A DNA stretch of 64,000 nt, from the NCBI GenBank assembly GCA_026770705.1, contig JANJGN010000001.1, forward strand, positions 152,892,001-152,956,000, written 5' to 3'. This stretch comes from Isurus oxyrinchus (Eukaryota). A program made the translations under genes and the position numbers. Below the pieces are notes generated by a model, which had not been told where the DNA came from, ran no database searches, and saw only the letters and a list, made by a program, of their open reading frames with translations. This document shows, in pieces, positions 61,140 to 64,000 of this stretch (position 1 is the first letter of the stretch; each line of letters begins with the position of its first letter).

Positions 61140-62762
61140 CCCACAGCTTCCAACCTGATAGTCGCCCAACCTCGGACAGCCCGCTTCTATCTCCTACCCA
61201 AAATCCACAAACAGAACTGCCCCGGTAGACCGATCGTCTCAGCTTGCTCCTGCCCCACAGAACTCATTTCTCGTTATCTTGACTCCCTTCTCTCTCCCCT
61301 TGTCCAGTCCCTTCCCACCTACATCCGTGATTCCTCTGACACCTTACGTCACATCAACAATTTCCAGTTCCCTGGCTCCAACCGCTTCCTCTTCATCATG
61401 GACGTCCAATCCCTCTACACCTCCATCCCCCACCAGGATGGTCTGAGAGCCCTTAGCTTCTTCCTCGAACAGAGGCCCGAACAATCACCATCCACCACTA
61501 CTCTCCTCCGTCTGGCTGAACTTGTTCTCACGTTGAACAATTTCTCCTTCAACTCCTCTCACTTTCTCCAAATAAAAGGTGAGGCTATGGGTACCCGCAT
61601 GGGCCCCAGCTATGCCTGTCTCTTTATGGGGTATGTGGAACATTCCTTGTTCCAGTCCTACTCCGGCCCCCTTCCACAACTTTTTCTCCGGTACATCGAT
61701 GATTACTTCGGTGCCGCTTCATGCTCTCGTCGGGACTTGGAAAAATTTATTAATTTTGCTTCCAATCTCCACCCCTCCATCATTTTCACGTGGTCCATCT
61801 CTGACACTTCCCTTCCCTTCCTTGACCTCTCTGTCTCAATCTCTGGTGATAGACTGTCCACCAATATCCATTACAAACCCACCGACTCCCACAGCTACCT
61901 CGACTACAGCTCCTCACACCCCACTTCCTGTAAGGACTCCATCCCATTCTCCCAGTTCCTTCGCCTTCGTCGCATCTGTTCCGATGATGCTACCTTCAAA
62001 AACGGTTCCTCTGACATGTCCTCCTTCTTCCTTAACCGAGATTTTCCACCCACCGTCGTTGACAGGGCCCTCAACCGTGTCCGGCCCATCTCCCGCGCAT
62101 CCGCCCTCACGCCTTCTCCTCCCTCCCAGAAACATGATAGGGTCCCCTTTGTCCTCACTTATCACCCCACCAGCCTCCGCATTCAAAGGATCATCCTCCG
62201 CCATTTCCGCCAACTCCAGCATGATGCCACCACCAAACACATCTTCCCTTCACCCCCCTTATCGGCATTCTGTAGGGATCGCTCCCTCCGGGACACCCTG
62301 GTCCACTCCTCCATCACCCCCTACTCCTCAACCCCCACCTATGGCACCACCCCATGCCCACGCAAAAGATGTAACACCTGCCCCTTCACTTCCTCTCTCC
62401 TCACCGTCCAAGGGCCCAAACACTCCTTTCAAGTGAAGCAGCATTTCACTTGCATTTCCCCCAACTTAGTCTACTGCATTCGTTGCTCCCAATGTGGTCT
62501 CCTCTACATTGGAGAGACCAAACGTAAACTGGGCGACCGCTTTGCAGAACACCTGCGGTCTGTCCGCAAGAATGACCCAAACCTCCCTGTCGCTTGCCAT
62601 TTTAACACTCCACCCTGCTCTCTTGCCCACATGTCTGTCCTTGGCTTACTGCATTGTTCCAGTGAAGCCCAACGCAAACTGGAGGAACAACACCTCATCT
62701 TCCGACTAGGCACCTTAAAGCCTTCCGGTCTGAATATTGAATTCAACAACTTTAGGTCGTGA
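61140..62762 (+). CDS. Penelope-like RT plus GIY-YIG (partial; frame open upstream of the Met at 61398)
   Basis: PRTARFYLLPKIHKQNCPGRPIVS...YIRDS...DVQSLYTSIP...RYIDD...VYCIRCSQCGLLYIGETKR. Confidence 0.92.
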   Translation, partial: PTASNLIVAQPRTARFYLLPKIHKQNCPGRPIVSACSCPTELISRYLDSLLSPLVQSLPTYIRDSSDTLRHINNFQFPGSNRFLFIMDVQSLYTSIPHQDGLRALSFFLEQRPEQSPSTTTLLRLAELVLTLNNFSFNSSHFLQIKGEAMGTRMGPSYACLFMGYVEHSLFQSYSGPLPQLFLRYIDDYFGAASCSRRDLEKFINFASNLHPSIIFTWSISDTSLPFLDLSVSISGDRLSTNIHYKPTDSHSYLDYSSSHPTSCKDSIPFSQFLRLRRICSDDATFKNGSSDMSSFFLNRDFPPTVVDRALNRVRPISRASALTPSPPSQKHDRVPFVLTYHPTSLRIQRIILRHFRQLQHDATTKHIFPSPPLSAFCRDRSLRDTLVHSSITPYSSTPTYGTTPCPRKRCNTCPFTSSLLTVQGPKHSFQVKQHFTCISPNLVYCIRCSQCGLLYIGETKRKLGDRFAEHLRSVRKNDPNLPVACHFNTPPCSLAHMSVLGLLHCSSEAQRKLEEQHLIFRLGTLKPSGLNIEFNNFRS

Positions 62763-63150
62763 GCTCCCTCCCCCATCCCCACCCCCTTTCTGTTTCCCCC
62801 TTTTTCCTTTTCTTTCCCTATAAATTATATAGATTTTTCTTTTCCCACCTATTTCCATTATTTTTAAATATTTTAAAATCTTTTATGCTCCCCCCACCCC
62901 CACTAGAGCTGTACCTTGAGTGCCCTACCATCCATTCTTAATTAGCACATTCGTTTAGATAATATCACCAACTTTAACTTTAACACCTATGTGTTCTTTT
63001 GTACCATTGTCGCTGACATCTTTTGATGATCTGCTTCTATCACTGCTTGTTTGTCTACACAACCACCTCTCTCTCTCTCTATCTCTCCACCCCCCCATAC
63101 ACACACCTTAAACCAGCTTATATTTCAACTCTTTCTTGGACTCGAAATCA

Positions 63151-63190
63151 AGTTCTGTCGAAGGGTCATGAGGACTCGAAACGTCAACTC
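63151..63190 (+). ncRNA. Minimal type I hammerhead ribozyme motif
   Basis: aguu-CUGUCGA-a-ggguc augag gacuc-GAAA-CG-UC^aacu. Predicted GUC cleavage site after 63185. Confidence 0.65.
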
Positions 63191-64000
63191 TTTTCTTCTC
63201 CGCCGATGCTGCCAGACCTGCTGAGTTTTTCCAGGTAATTCTGTTTTTGTTTTGGATTTCCAGCATCCGCAGTTTTCTTTGTTTTTATATATATATATGA
63301 ATGGAAGGAGTCTTCCCTACTGAACATGATTTCTAAAACCATTCTTGAGTTTTCCCAGTTACATCTATCATAGTTTTTGTTCCAGTACAAAGGCTGTCAG
63401 AGTATGGCAGTCACTTTTTAGCAATAATGTAAAGCCAAAGCAATAACATTTTATTTGAAGTAAAACAAAACAGGACAGGAAAATAAGTTTGAAATGTGAA
63501 GCAGGCAGTTTGTTAAGGTCACTGAAGCTTCACTACTTTTCAATGCTAATTAGCGCCAATTATAAGGCCAGTTTTGTGCAGCTGTGGACACGTGCCTACA
63601 GGGAATATGACTGAGGACAGCCAAATTCATTTCACTCAGGGCCCTTAATAGTCATTTGAGAGAGAAATAGAAAGATGTTCATATTCATTTGGGCTTGATT
63701 CAAACTCACAACCCTGAGGTGAAAAGAATTTTTTTTCTCGATTTTCCCACTTCTCATATTATCTTCGCATTCCCTCCCCCAAATTATCCTCCCACATGTT
63801 GCTGTCATGAGGAAATGAAATAGGACATAGGCATAACCATGCATGTTACTGAGGCAAGACCTTGATGACTGCACAGGAAATGCACTGTGTAATGGGAAAA
63901 GTTAATGCTTCCTCTTTCCAGCTAATAATCCTGTTAACTGATGACACTACCACAAGGCTAAAAGCTCATTGTTCAGGCTGAACTTTGGGGTTTAGTGTTT

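Larger units (their letters stand above)
61140..63287 (+). mobile_element. Penelope-like element copy 2 (5' truncated)
   Basis: Near-identical inverted copy of 39823-41701 with a longer 5' part. Confidence 0.93.

Noticed and set aside
61579-62436. 285-aa Pro/Ser-rich overlapping ORF present in both Penelope copies
   Set aside because: An alternative frame of a C-rich RT gene. Its sharing is explained by the near identity of the copies, and it has no recognisable domain.
1-64000. CRISPR arrays, rRNA or true tRNA genes
   Set aside because: No regularly spaced repeat-spacer arrays and no rRNA similarity were seen. The tRNA-like boxes belong to SINE heads.

Overview
Repeat-rich vertebrate genomic DNA. 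The CR1, SINE and Penelope repeat content suggests a cartilaginous fish (inference). The only host gene found is five consecutive + strand coding exons of a KIT-family receptor tyrosine kinase (517-11447, equivalent to KIT exons 5-9, Ig domains 3-5), with consistent splice phases. I could not find the transmembrane or juxtamembrane exons in the remaining ~52.5 kb. That region is a dense, nested transposon landscape: CR1/L2 LINE fragments, tRNA-derived SINEs, a 5'-inverted Tx1/L1 insertion, two large PIF/Harbinger copies (transposase plus spliced Myb/SANT gene) with many derived MITEs, a decayed Gypsy element, a probable solo LTR, two young Penelope-like elements (RT plus GIY-YIG) and a 3 kb (ACTC/AC)n tract. 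Highlights: (1) minimal hammerhead-ribozyme motifs in Penelope termini and in short non-autonomous fold-back derivatives; (2) a full-length tailless 7SL (SRP RNA) retrocopy with a 16-bp TSD and apparently compensatory stem changes; (3) a CR1 3' tail that supplies the branch point and pyrimidine tract of KIT exon 9; (4) a GNNK-like alternative donor, and a possible ectodomain-only KIT product. All coordinates were read by eye and repeat boundaries are approximate.
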